DNA of 64,000 nucleotides from Spirochaetia bacterium (lineage in GTDB: Bacteria; Spirochaetota; Spirochaetia; UBA9216): the NCBI GenBank assembly GCA_963675665.1, contig OY776510.1:4096001-4160000 (forward strand), written 5' to 3'. The translations under genes were made by a program, and so were the position numbers. Under the pieces are notes generated by a model, which was given only the letters and a program-made list of their open reading frames with translations, was not told the origin of the DNA and made no database searches. This document shows, piece after piece, positions 8,333 to 18,106 of this stretch (position 1 is the stretch's first letter; each line of letters starts with the position of its first letter).

Positions 8333-9040
8333 TCAGATGACCGTCACTGCCGGAATCTCCGAATTCAGGTATTTCATCTGCTTATCTATCCAGGCGTCGT
8401 CCTTTTTTCCCGAATTCACAGCATGAAGACTGTCGGCGTAACATACAGCTCCGGCAAGATCATGCGTCACATGAATAACGGGGATATCCCGCTCATAACT
8501 TATCCTTCGAATAAGTTGTTGCAGAATAAACCGGTTTTCCGGATCAAGCGCTGAAAAAGGCTCGTCAAGCAGCAACATATCCGGCTGCATTGCAAGTACC
8601 CGGCATACTGCACAGCGCTGTCTCTCTCCGCCGGATATTCTTGCCGGTTTCTCGGCAGCCAGATGCAGAATCCCGCATAATTCCAGAAGTTCCTGTGGTG
8701 AAGGTCCGCCGGCATGAGCATATCTTATATTTTCCAGAACCGTCATATGGGGAAAAAGACTGTAATCCTGATTTAACAGTCCGGTCTTGCGATGCTGAGG
8801 TTTCAGTACAATTCTTTTTGATGTATCGGTCAGGACCTTGTTTCCAAACACAATATAAGCTGAATCGGGAACAGAGAAACCGGCAATACATTTGAGTATT
8901 GTTGTTTTTCCCGATCCGGAAGGGCCGGCTATGACAGCGATTTCACCTGACTTAACACTCATCTGAAATTCAAGCTCAAAGTGTCTGAGTCTTTTTCTTA
9001 AACTGACAACAAAACGACCCGGCTCTGCGTCTGTGAACAT
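8333..9040 (-). CDS. modC: Molybdate ABC transporter ATP-binding protein
   Basis: GPSGSGKT, ISGGERQR, LLDEPFSALD, VTHD; upstream of modA/modB. Confidence 0.88.
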   Translation of the reverse strand: MFTDAEPGRFVVSLRKRLRHFELEFQMSVKSGEIAVIAGPSGSGKTTILKCIAGFSVPDSAYIVFGNKVLTDTSKRIVLKPQHRKTGLLNQDYSLFPHMTVLENIRYAHAGGPSPQELLELCGILHLAAEKPARISGGERQRCAVCRVLAMQPDMLLLDEPFSALDPENRFILQQLIRRISYERDIPVIHVTHDLAGAVCYADSLHAVNSGKKDDAWIDKQMKYLNSEIPAVTVI

Positions 9041-9060
9041 TATGCTGCACCTCTACCCAA

Positions 9061-9089
9061 ATTATTGCAACACTATTGCATTTTGTCAA
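9061..9089 (-). promoter_or_regulatory. modCAB promoter with palindromic operator in the spacer
   Basis: TTGACA(9089-9084)-N17-AATAAT(9066-9061); TGCAA-CACTA-TTGCA palindrome at 9066-9080. Confidence 0.7.
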
Positions 9090-9193
9090 TTATACTTTTC
9101 ACTTTCCCTTTGCTGAACGGATATGCAAAACTTCAGAATGGAACAACTTTATTAATCTTTTTCAAATATGTATAATGACAGAAAGGTTAGCTG

Positions 9194-10684
9194 ATGGATT
9201 ATAAATGTTATATAAAAAGCCATGGTAAATTTCAGGTAGAATTAAAGATTCGGTACCCGGTAACAGATAAAAAAAATAAATATTCTCTTGATCTATATAT
9301 TTTTTCACCGAAAGTACTGGCAGTAAATAATATAAGTTACGGTATAAACTCTTTTTTGAGGGATGTCAGGATCATGACGAGGATTTCAACTCCCGAACTC
9401 TCGTTTCCGCGGCTTGTCAGTAAAGATTGCCCGGAGAGCCCGCTATTCAGAATAAAAACCGAACTCGAAAAATCTTTTACCGGAATAAAAATTAAAAATA
9501 ACAAGGTTATTTATGAACTCAGAACTCTCGCTAATATTATCCGGGTCGAACTCAGAAAGAACAGGCTTTTTCTGAGAAATAAAATTGACAGTGAAACGGA
9601 TATTGATTTGCTTACGGAATGGTTGACCGAATTTATCAGTCATATCAGGATTTTTCTATTGCGGTTCAGGGAAATAAAATCCATGCTCATCAATCCCGAA
9701 ATAGACGACAGCCTTCTGCTTGCGTATGAATGGACAGATGAATCAATAAGTCTGACGATACAGCGTGAAGCCGGAGAATTTTATCGTTTATGCCAGAAGA
9801 ATACCGAGACAGAATACTGTTCAGTTAAATTCGCTAATATTATCGAAGGTGAAATTCAGCATAGAATCGAAAAGGCGTATTCTACTGGAATTCCATATCC
9901 TGAGAAAAAGAGTACGGGCGAACTTCTAATATACCGCACAAACCTGTTAAAAAAATGGTCGCAGTCTGCTATGTATCTTAACGTAACCGGAAGCCGGTCG
10001 CCCGCACGAATAACGCAGATACTGGCAGGCACCGCCGCTGCGATTGCAATGGCATTTGCCGTAACGGCTACTATTCTGACCGACCGTTTTTTTCCTGCCA
10101 ATACAACGGCATGGGCGCTTGCTGCAGTTGTTGCCTATATTTTCAAGGACAGAATCAAGGAGATTCTCAGATCAGGTTTAAAATCTCTTGTTCCGAGACG
10201 AATGCCCGATCAGATGAGCATACTGAAGGATTCATCGGTACAGGTAAGAACAGGCTACACTAAATCATTTGTCAACTTCACAACTGAAGCCAATATCCCT
10301 GAAGAGGTAAAGAACGTACGCGGGACAGGGAAAAAACCCTTCAGGGAGCTTCTGCCTGAAGAAAATATAATCAACTTTCGTCACGAAGTTATGCTTAATG
10401 GAGCCAAATTCAGCAAAAACCATCAAAGAATGGAATCTGTAACCGAAATTATCAGATTCGAACTTCATAAATTCATTCAGCTTATGGATGATCCTGACCA
10501 GATTTATTATTATACCGACAGTGAATCAGTTCAGAAAAAAATGTGCAGAAGAGTCTACCATCTTAATTTTGTAATTATGCTGCAGGATTTGTCGGACGGG
10601 AAAAAAAGTTTTCTGAAATACCGTATCATATTAAACCGGGAAGGTATAATCAGAATTGAAAGACCTGCAATAGAATCGCAATAA
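9194..10684 (+). CDS. Hypothetical protein with two-helix membrane hairpin
   Basis: 496-aa ORF; hydrophobic segments ILAGTAAAIAMAFAVTATI and WALAAVVAYIF; TATAAT at 9171-9176. Confidence 0.8.
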   Translation: MDYKCYIKSHGKFQVELKIRYPVTDKKNKYSLDLYIFSPKVLAVNNISYGINSFLRDVRIMTRISTPELSFPRLVSKDCPESPLFRIKTELEKSFTGIKIKNNKVIYELRTLANIIRVELRKNRLFLRNKIDSETDIDLLTEWLTEFISHIRIFLLRFREIKSMLINPEIDDSLLLAYEWTDESISLTIQREAGEFYRLCQKNTETEYCSVKFANIIEGEIQHRIEKAYSTGIPYPEKKSTGELLIYRTNLLKKWSQSAMYLNVTGSRSPARITQILAGTAAAIAMAFAVTATILTDRFFPANTTAWALAAVVAYIFKDRIKEILRSGLKSLVPRRMPDQMSILKDSSVQVRTGYTKSFVNFTTEANIPEEVKNVRGTGKKPFRELLPEENIINFRHEVMLNGAKFSKNHQRMESVTEIIRFELHKFIQLMDDPDQIYYYTDSESVQKKMCRRVYHLNFVIMLQDLSDGKKSFLKYRIILNREGIIRIERPAIESQ

Positions 10685-10696
10685 CATCATTATCAG

Positions 10697-11761
10697 TCAG
10701 GTTTTTATAAGCTCTTCAACCCATTCCCTGTTCTCAAAAAGCGTACATCCGCCTTCGGCCTCCTCAAGCAGATAGTGATTATCCCTGAGTCGTCCAAGCA
10801 GCCGGGACTGTAATGCCTGTATGAAAGACATGTCCTTGAGATTAACGTCCGAGTAAGGCGCAAACGGGCAGGCTTCGACATTTCCCATGCTGCTGATGTG
10901 TAGAAACCCTCTTCCCGCGGCAAGACATCCTCCGAATTTTTCCTCATCACCCGGAAGCGCTACAGGAAGCATGGAATAATTCTTTCGAATCATCTCCGTT
11001 TGCACCAGGAGGTCTTCTTTCTGAGTTTCAGTTAGACATTTTTCCGGATCACCTTCACACGGAACATATTCAATCAGGAACAAAACCCTGCATCCTGATT
11101 TATCAAGGCTTTCCAGATAGCCCGGTGCGGTCACCATTTCATAATTATCACGCGTCAAAGTAATTGATACGCCGTACATCAGTTTCTTTTTATTCATTTC
11201 ACTCATGGTTGAATTGATTGCGGAATAAACGCCTTTTCCCCTTCGGTTGTCCGTAACCTGTTCATCGCCTTCAAGGCTGAATGCCGGCACAAGGTTTTTT
11301 ATCTGTTTCAATTCGTTTATTAATTCAGCATCAATCATCAGACCGTTTGTAAACATCACAAAAAGCGTATTCTTATATTTACGCGTAATATCAAGAATAC
11401 CGACTTTCATCAGCGGTTCGCCTCCGGCAATAAATACTATGCTTACGCCCGCAGCGGTTCCTTCACCTATAATTCGATCGATATCCTCTATGGACATTTC
11501 GGAATCTCTGCATCTGTCCTGGGAACAGGCATAACAGCCCTTGCATGCAAGGTTACAGTTGTTTGTAACGCTTATTATCAGAATGGGAGGAACAGTAATC
11601 CCCTCGGCGGTCAATATATTTGCCCTGACCTTCTCGCTTTTTCTGATGTTTCTGAAAATATCCGCATATGCAGGCAGATATGCCGATCTTCCGGAAAAAA
11701 CCCTGCTGTTGTTTATCAAGTTGTTGTTAATAACCCTGTTGAATACTTCGATTCCGTTCAC
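10697..11761 (-). CDS. Radical SAM protein with SPASM/twitch-like C-terminus
   Basis: CNLACKGC, GGEP, FTNG, GGCLAAGRG...VEACPF. Confidence 0.93.
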   Translation of the reverse strand: MNGIEVFNRVINNNLINNSRVFSGRSAYLPAYADIFRNIRKSEKVRANILTAEGITVPPILIISVTNNCNLACKGCYACSQDRCRDSEMSIEDIDRIIGEGTAAGVSIVFIAGGEPLMKVGILDITRKYKNTLFVMFTNGLMIDAELINELKQIKNLVPAFSLEGDEQVTDNRRGKGVYSAINSTMSEMNKKKLMYGVSITLTRDNYEMVTAPGYLESLDKSGCRVLFLIEYVPCEGDPEKCLTETQKEDLLVQTEMIRKNYSMLPVALPGDEEKFGGCLAAGRGFLHISSMGNVEACPFAPYSDVNLKDMSFIQALQSRLLGRLRDNHYLLEEAEGGCTLFENREWVEELIKT

Positions 11762-11921
11762 TCTTCCCCCAACTGAATTTGAATCAGAGACGTCTATATA
11801 ACAGTTAATGTCTTTACCTTCAAAAAACTGTTACTTTTAATTTGTTTTTTCATATTTTTTATTTATATCATAAGTAATGAAGAACTTGCCTCATGGATTT
11901 TAAATAAGTAAATTAGTACAA

Positions 11922-13466
11922 ATGAAAAAAGACAGGATTGCAAACTGGTTCTCAAACAGAAACGAATTACTTATATCTGAAAAAATCATGTATTCAGTCG
12001 GATCCCGAATTTCCCGAAAGCTGATTGATAAACAAACATCAAATGATCTGCTTTTGCCCGAATATTTTAATACCATCGACCGGGCCTATACCATGCCGGG
12101 ACGTAATGTACTTTACGCGTTGCTTCACGCGCCCCTTACCGAAGTGGATAATATCACAAGCAGAAGAATCTTTATCGAAAACCTGAAAAAACAAACGGAG
12201 CTGCGAGGCAAGTTAAAGCTGCTTTTCTGGAAAGTAAAGTTTTCTCCTGTTCACAGTATTAACACTGTTATATTTGAAAAAACTGAAAGCCTTTTTACCA
12301 GGGAAAAAATGGCTGTATTGATAATTTGTTTTTTGTTTCTGGTTTTTGCAGTTCCCGTATTATACTCTCAATTCGCTCTTTACAGTATTCTGCTGTTTCT
12401 TCTGATATCATTTCTTACTTTTGCCCGTAATCTTTCAATTTACAACACACACATTCCCGGACTGATTTTGCTGGCGGCCCATTTTTATACAGCACAGAAA
12501 ATTATCAAATTATTTAAAACCTGTGAAGCATACGACAGCCATATAAAAAACCTTGAAGAAGCTTTGCCTCAAATCAAATCCGTACTCAGAAGCTGTAAAG
12601 TTTTACGAACAGGTTCGTTTGCCTCAGCTGATCCGCTTCAATTGCTTCTTTTCTGGATAAAGAACATCTTCTGCCTGGACCTTCTGGCATATAATAATGC
12701 GGTTAATATTATAAGCCGAAACAGAAAAGCTTTTATTAATTTTTATTGCTGTTACGGTATTATTGACGCGCTGCTTTCGCTTTCAGAAACAATCGGGTCA
12801 GATACCGAAACCATATGCAAACCTGAATTTATTTCAAACCGGGGTTTATCAGTAAAAAATATTTTTCACCCGTTGATTCCGGCGGCCGTCAGTAATTCCG
12901 TTGATATCGGCAGCGGAATGATTCTTACCGGTTCGAACATGGCGGGCAAGTCTACATTTTTAAGAACTATCGGGTTGAATACAATACTTGCCCAGACAAC
13001 GGGATACTGCTATGCGGAAAAATTCAGTTTACCGCTTATAAACATCGTTTCCATCATAAACAAGCATGACAACCTCAATCAGGGCGAGAGCTTTTATTTC
13101 TATGAAGCAAACAGGATAGTTGAAATGATAAACAATAAAAATAATGATTGTTACCTGTTTCTTATTGATGAGTTATTGTCCGGAACCAATTCAATTGAGC
13201 GTATCAGCGCTTCAACCGCCATTATCAGGCATCTTGTCTCACGTGAAAACATTATCTCAATAATAGCGACACACGACATCTCCATTGCGGAAAATCTTCA
13301 GGGCAACTGCGAATGCTTCTATTTTTCCGACATGATGAATGAAAACAGAATGTATTTTGACTACAAACTGAGAAAAGGCATAATTAAAACAACAAATGCG
13401 ATAAAGATGCTAAAGCTCCTCGGTATGCCGGTTGATATTACGGATGAAGCTGAAATGCTTACTTAA
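11922..13466 (+). CDS. MutS-related ATPase (domain V) with N-terminal membrane segments
   Basis: FHPL, TGSNMAGKSTFLR, GESFFYEA, LIDELLSGTNSIER, ATHD, FDYKLRKG. Confidence 0.9.
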   Translation: MKKDRIANWFSNRNELLISEKIMYSVGSRISRKLIDKQTSNDLLLPEYFNTIDRAYTMPGRNVLYALLHAPLTEVDNITSRRIFIENLKKQTELRGKLKLLFWKVKFSPVHSINTVIFEKTESLFTREKMAVLIICFLFLVFAVPVLYSQFALYSILLFLLISFLTFARNLSIYNTHIPGLILLAAHFYTAQKIIKLFKTCEAYDSHIKNLEEALPQIKSVLRSCKVLRTGSFASADPLQLLLFWIKNIFCLDLLAYNNAVNIISRNRKAFINFYCCYGIIDALLSLSETIGSDTETICKPEFISNRGLSVKNIFHPLIPAAVSNSVDIGSGMILTGSNMAGKSTFLRTIGLNTILAQTTGYCYAEKFSLPLINIVSIINKHDNLNQGESFYFYEANRIVEMINNKNNDCYLFLIDELLSGTNSIERISASTAIIRHLVSRENIISIIATHDISIAENLQGNCECFYFSDMMNENRMYFDYKLRKGIIKTTNAIKMLKLLGMPVDITDEAEMLT

Positions 13467-13497
13467 ATGCAGATTCAGCCTTTTGTACTTAAGACAG

Positions 13498-14373
13498 CTA
13501 CTCTACTGTAATATTCAGTCTCCCGGTTTTACCGCTTGCTATAGTTACGGAACCTTCTTCATCAACGCTTGAGTCGATGTAGGTTCCGTCTGCATCAAAC
13601 ACGGCCGAAACAAGATCATAAGCGCCCGCTGCAAGAAACGGAAGGACATAAGATCCGTCAGTAACAATTGCACTGCTGACAGCATTCAGAAACATCGGAT
13701 CTGTACTTAATTCTGAAGTTGAATAATCTCCGTCTTGATATGCATAAACTAAAACAGTGTCTGTTCCCGAATAAGTTACATCACCTGCTATCCTTCCCGC
13801 TTCTCCGTCCGCAATAACTCTCACAGTAGGCTGAAGGTTGTAATCTCCGTTTGTATACCTGATTGATTTTCTTACGTCAAAATCAGCAGTTACAGCTACA
13901 GTATCGTTAACAGGAACATCAAATGCACCCGTAGCCTTGAACCCTGAAGTGCTGCCGCTCGGAATAAAAAGCGGATATTCACTGTCGTCCGCCAAAATGA
14001 CATAACATCCCGGATTTACAGGCGAGCCGCTGGTTTCAGGAGCATCAACCTTGAAACGCATCTGGGTAACCTTTCCTGCCGGGAATTCAAACTGCCCGAG
14101 CATATCCGTAACCCCGTTGGTTAATGCAAGAAGGTCGAATTCTTTCGGACCGTCGAAATCTTCAACCACAACCCATTCTTCCGATTCATCCATATAACTC
14201 ATATGAAATGATATTTCTGTAACCGTTATCACTACCGATTTGACATCTGTATCATCGATCGGCGCATCAGTTATTTTTAAAGTAACGCTTCCGGTGTCGC
14301 CGCCGCATCCTGCTGCAAAAAAAGCAATAAAAAGTATCAGTAAAATTATCAATATTTTTTCCGGTTTCTTCAT
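13498..14373 (-). CDS. DUF4382-like lipoprotein
   Basis: Lipobox AAGC, LKITDAP, FDLLALTNG, PSGSTSG, DFDVRKS; start refined to MKKPEK after AAGGAA. Confidence 0.8.
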   Translation of the reverse strand: MKKPEKILIILLILFIAFFAAGCGGDTGSVTLKITDAPIDDTDVKSVVITVTEISFHMSYMDESEEWVVVEDFDGPKEFDLLALTNGVTDMLGQFEFPAGKVTQMRFKVDAPETSGSPVNPGCYVILADDSEYPLFIPSGSTSGFKATGAFDVPVNDTVAVTADFDVRKSIRYTNGDYNLQPTVRVIADGEAGRIAGDVTYSGTDTVLVYAYQDGDYSTSELSTDPMFLNAVSSAIVTDGSYVLPFLAAGAYDLVSAVFDADGTYIDSSVDEEGSVTIASGKTGRLNITVE

Positions 14374-14470
14374 CAAATATTCCTTATAAATAGGGTCATG
14401 TTTTATTATAACACATGGACGACTGAAGTTCATATTCGAAATCCGGAGAATTCAATATTTTTAAATAACA

Positions 14471-14502
14471 GCCGTCCGGAGGCTTTTTATAATCCGGACG
14501 GC
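14471..14502 (-). terminator. Hairpin terminator after the hsp20 pair
   Basis: GCCGTCCGGA / TCCGGACGGC 10-bp inverted repeat with T-rich tail on minus strand. Confidence 0.65.
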
Positions 14503-14514
14503 ATTCCCAAACAC

Positions 14515-14874
14515 TTATCCTGCTTTTATTTCAATCTTTCTGGGTTTGACTGATTCTTTAATGCCCAAAACAAGTGTTACAACTCCATTCTTTATTGATG
14601 CATCGATATTTGTTCTGTCTATCGTATCATCCAGGGCAAACTCATGGTAATAATTCCCGGTACGTATTTCCCTGAGAATATATTTACCGTTATATTCCTG
14701 TTCCGTTCTCTTTCCGCTGATTATAAGCAGATCTTCATCAACCTTAATATCAAGGTTTTTGTTCGTTACCCCGGGCATTTCAAGTCTCAGAACAACCTTG
14801 TCGGCATCATGATAAATATCACAGCAGGATTTATAAATTTTCGCCTCCGGTTCACGGTTCTTCTTATCGTTCAT
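14515..14874 (-). CDS. Hsp20/alpha-crystallin family small heat shock protein
   Basis: EMPGV, LIISGKR, ASIKNGVVTL, PRKIEI; SD AGGAGG. Confidence 0.93.
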   Translation of the reverse strand: MNDKKNREPEAKIYKSCCDIYHDADKVVLRLEMPGVTNKNLDIKVDEDLLIISGKRTEQEYNGKYILREIRTGNYYHEFALDDTIDRTNIDASIKNGVVTLVLGIKESVKPRKIEIKAG

Positions 14875-14883
14875 ACGTTCCTC

Positions 14884-15342
14884 CTAATGCACCTTTACGC
14901 TAATCTGCTTCGTTTTTGCTTCATCCCTTTTGGGCAATACAAGCTGAAGGATTCCTTCCTTAAGCTCAGCAGTAATTTTTTCAGCATCAATCGTAGCGGG
15001 AAGAGGCAGTGTACGTTGAAAGGAACCCGACCATGATTCCCTGCGGTAATACTTGCCGCCGTCCAGGGTCCGATCTTCCTTCTTGTTTCCCTTAACCGTC
15101 AGCACATTCGATGCAATACTTACATCGATGTCGCCCTGCTCCAGGCCGGGAAGTTCACACAGGATTCTGAACTCGTGATCACCTTCAATGATATCTACCG
15201 ACGGAGAAACACTGCGATCGAACAGACCGGTAGATGCCGGATAACGATCATTGTTAAAAAGATCATTGATCTCATTTTGAAGACTCTTGAATTCAGCCCA
15301 TGGATCATAGCTTTCATCTTTTTTCCACCTGGTAATTGCCAT
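14884..15342 (-). CDS. Hsp20/alpha-crystallin family small heat shock protein
   Basis: PSVDIIE, ELPGL, GSFQRTLPLP, AELKEGILQL; SD AGGAGG. Confidence 0.95.
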   Translation of the reverse strand: MAITRWKKDESYDPWAEFKSLQNEINDLFNNDRYPASTGLFDRSVSPSVDIIEGDHEFRILCELPGLEQGDIDVSIASNVLTVKGNKKEDRTLDGGKYYRRESWSGSFQRTLPLPATIDAEKITAELKEGILQLVLPKRDEAKTKQISVKVH

Positions 15343-15380
15343 ATCAGCACCTCCTGAATTTAATTTTCAAATAATATTGA

Positions 15381-15397
15381 TGCATAAATTATGCCAA
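15381..15397 (-). promoter_or_regulatory. Sigma54 (-24/-12) promoter of the hsp20 pair
   Basis: TTGGCATAATTTATGCA on minus strand, correct GG-N10-GC spacing. Confidence 0.7.
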
Positions 15398-15587
15398 TCT
15401 CTTCAACGGTAGTATCTGGTTAAATATATGTACAGAAAGGAATTATGATCGAACATTATCAGGAGATCGAATATAAATCCGGCCGGATTATTCATTTTTA
15501 TTGAGTCATTTCGACACAAAACTGACATCTAATCAGAGACAAAGGGTAAATTTAACCCGAAATTTGCTTTACACGGAAAAAATGATA

Positions 15588-15616
15588 CAGCCCGCCCGGT
15601 TCGAACCGGGCGTCTG
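15588..15616 (-). terminator. Terminator hairpin at end of the sugar ABC operon
   Basis: CGCCCGGT-TCGA-ACCGGGCG GC-rich stem just after the stop at 15625. Confidence 0.7.
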
Positions 15617-15624
15617 TTCTTTTG

Positions 15625-16590
15625 TTATGCAGCCTGACTTTCCTCTTTGAACGTTTTGGTAGAATAGAAGAAAACAGCCGTTATCAGGATCAGGCCTTTC
15701 AGAAGCATCTGGATATAAGGACTGACATCCAGAATATTCATCATATTGCTGAAGATGGCCAGAATCAGGACTCCTCCCACGGCGCCTGCGATATTTCCCT
15801 CGCCGCCCGATAGTGAAACCCCGCCGATGACGACCGCGGTTATCGTATCAAGTTCATAGCCCTTGCCTACAAGCGGGCCTCCGCCGCCCATTCGTCCCGC
15901 CAGAAATACCGATGCAAGCCCGGTCAGCAGCCCTCCCAACAGGTAAGCGGACAGTTTTACCCTGTCGACCGCAATGCCTGTGATTGCCGACACCCACTCA
16001 TTTGCCCCTACAGCATAAAGGTGGCGGCCGAACCTCGACCGGTTCATCAGAATAAGCGCAAGCACGAATATGACCGCAAAATAGAGAAAACAAACCGGGA
16101 TGCCGCCCAGGGAGCCTTCGGCTATAAAACGAAAACTTTTCGGTATTCCTCCGATTGTTTTTTTTGTATAAATGAATATTCCGCCCTGTATTACGGACAT
16201 TGTTGCAAGAGTAGCCATAAACGGAGCTATCTTCAGTTTGACGACTAGCAGACCGTTAACAAGGCCGATAAGCAGTCCCAGTGCCGCAATTATCAGCATT
16301 ACCGGAAGAACCCCGATTTGCGGAAAATCGCGAAACAAGCCTCCTGCTATGGACGTAAGAAATGATACGGCGGCGCCGACGGACATATCAATTCCGCCTG
16401 AAATTATTACCACCGCCTGTCCAAGCGAAGCAAGACCGATTCCGACCGGCTGTATAAGAAATACATTCTTTAAATTACGGGCCCTGATAAACATAGGGTT
16501 GGCTAATATGCTTAAAACGATTATTGCGGCTAACAGGATCCAGACAAATATGCCCGGATCAGTTATTTTAAACTTCTTCTTCATCTTCAC
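15625..16590 (-). CDS. Monosaccharide ABC transporter permease (RbsC-like)
   Basis: GGIDMSVG, PFMATL, FGRHLYAVGAN, AVVIGGVSLSGG. Confidence 0.95.
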   Translation of the reverse strand: MKMKKKFKITDPGIFVWILLAAIIVLSILANPMFIRARNLKNVFLIQPVGIGLASLGQAVVIISGGIDMSVGAAVSFLTSIAGGLFRDFPQIGVLPVMLIIAALGLLIGLVNGLLVVKLKIAPFMATLATMSVIQGGIFIYTKKTIGGIPKSFRFIAEGSLGGIPVCFLYFAVIFVLALILMNRSRFGRHLYAVGANEWVSAITGIAVDRVKLSAYLLGGLLTGLASVFLAGRMGGGGPLVGKGYELDTITAVVIGGVSLSGGEGNIAGAVGGVLILAIFSNMMNILDVSPYIQMLLKGLILITAVFFYSTKTFKEESQAA

Positions 16591-18106
16591 ATCCTCCTGC
16601 CGGCAGCTGATATTCGTGGCCTACCGCAAGCGACAGGATTTCCTCTTCGGTAAATATTTTCTCATGCTGGTCAAGTATTCCGGCGGCGTTACCCTGGTTC
16701 ATTACCAGGATCCTGTCGGACATTCCAATGACCTCCGGAAGCTCCGACGATACCATAATAATCGATTTGCCCCTGGCTGTAAGATCCCGCATAATCTTGT
16801 ATATTTCATGTTTCGCCCCGACGTCGATTCCCCGGGTAGGCTCATTTATGACATATATTTCCGGTTCTTTAAGAAGCGCCCTGGAAAGAAGCACTTTCTG
16901 CTGGTTTCCGCCTGAAAGATCTTCAATCTTCTGATTAATGTTGGCAATCTTTGTTCCAAGCAGTTCAACCTGAGTACCTGTAACTTTCTTTTCCTCTCTG
17001 TAATTTATCAACCCGCGTTCGGTATATTTATCCAGGTTTGTTATCGTGGTATTAACGGTGATTGATTCGGGCGCAATAATACCCTTGTTTTTCCTGTCGC
17101 TGTGAATATAACAGAACCCCGCGTTTATCGCCTGGCGGATATTTCTGAAATCAGCAGATGCACCCATAAAGCTGACGCTGCCGGCGGTTTTTGCTCTTAT
17201 TCCCAGAAGGGTCTCTACAAGGGCCGACCGTCCTGAACCGGCAATCCCGGCAATTCCGAGAACTTCACCCCGAAAGAGCGTAAGGCTGACATCATGAAGA
17301 CTTCCGCTTGTTATTCCGGACGCTTCCAGTATTGTCTCGCCGAGACTCTCCGAAAGCGCAGGGTATATATCACCTATTTCACGGCCTACCATCAGCCTGA
17401 CAAGTTTGTCCTTGTCAAGATCACAGACATCTTGGGTGGCCATCACCTTTCCGTCTTTAAGTACAGTCACCCTGTCGGCTATGGAAAAAACCTCTTCCAG
17501 CATATGCGAAATATAGATTACGGTTTTTCCGTCCTCACGAAGTTTTCTTATAATACTGAAAAGCTTGGACAGTTCCTTGTCGGAAAGAGCTGCGGAAGGT
17601 TCGTCCATGATTATTATATCAGCGTCAATAGAAAGCGCCTTTACTATTTCAACCGTCTGCTGTTCAATTACGCTCAGCTCTTTTATTTTCGCTGAAATAT
17701 CAATATCTATGCCTATAGAAGCAAGCAGATCGCGCGTCATCGCGGAAGCTTTCTTTTTATCAAAGAGACCGAGCCTTGTTTTGGGCTCCCTGTTCAGAAA
17801 AACATTTTCCACAACATCAAGAGTATTAATCAGGCTGAATTCCTGAAAAATTATCGAGATACCTGCCGTCTGGGCATGGTGAGGATTATTCAGTACAAGC
17901 TTTTGACCCTTATAATAAATTTCCCCGCCGCTTGGCTGATATACTCCCGACAGGATTTTCATCAGGGTTGATTTTCCGGCTCCGTTTTCTCCTACAAGCG
18001 CATGAACCTCGCCCGGTCTGAATGACATACTTACGTCCGATAAAGCCTTGACGCCGGGAAAATGCTTGTCGATGTTTCTGAATTCCAGTACATTTTCGTT
18101 TGCCAT
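16568..18106 (-). CDS. Monosaccharide ABC transporter ATP-binding protein (RbsA-like, two ABC domains)
   Basis: GENGAGKST, MDEP, LSGGNQQK, PTRGIDVGAK. Confidence 0.96.
   Translation of the reverse strand: MANENVLEFRNIDKHFPGVKALSDVSMSFRPGEVHALVGENGAGKSTLMKILSGVYQPSGGEIYYKGQKLVLNNPHHAQTAGISIIFQEFSLINTLDVVENVFLNREPKTRLGLFDKKKASAMTRDLLASIGIDIDISAKIKELSVIEQQTVEIVKALSIDADIIIMDEPSAALSDKELSKLFSIIRKLREDGKTVIYISHMLEEVFSIADRVTVLKDGKVMATQDVCDLDKDKLVRLMVGREIGDIYPALSESLGETILEASGITSGSLHDVSLTLFRGEVLGIAGIAGSGRSALVETLLGIRAKTAGSVSFMGASADFRNIRQAINAGFCYIHSDRKNKGIIAPESITVNTTITNLDKYTERGLINYREEKKVTGTQVELLGTKIANINQKIEDLSGGNQQKVLLSRALLKEPEIYVINEPTRGIDVGAKHEIYKIMRDLTARGKSIIMVSSELPEVIGMSDRILVMNQGNAAGILDQHEKIFTEEEILSLAVGHEYQLPAGGCEDEEEV

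Noticed and set aside
9041-9193. Possible Moco/Tuco riboswitch upstream of modC
   Set aside because: The promoter lies about 20 nt from the start codon and no suitable structure is present
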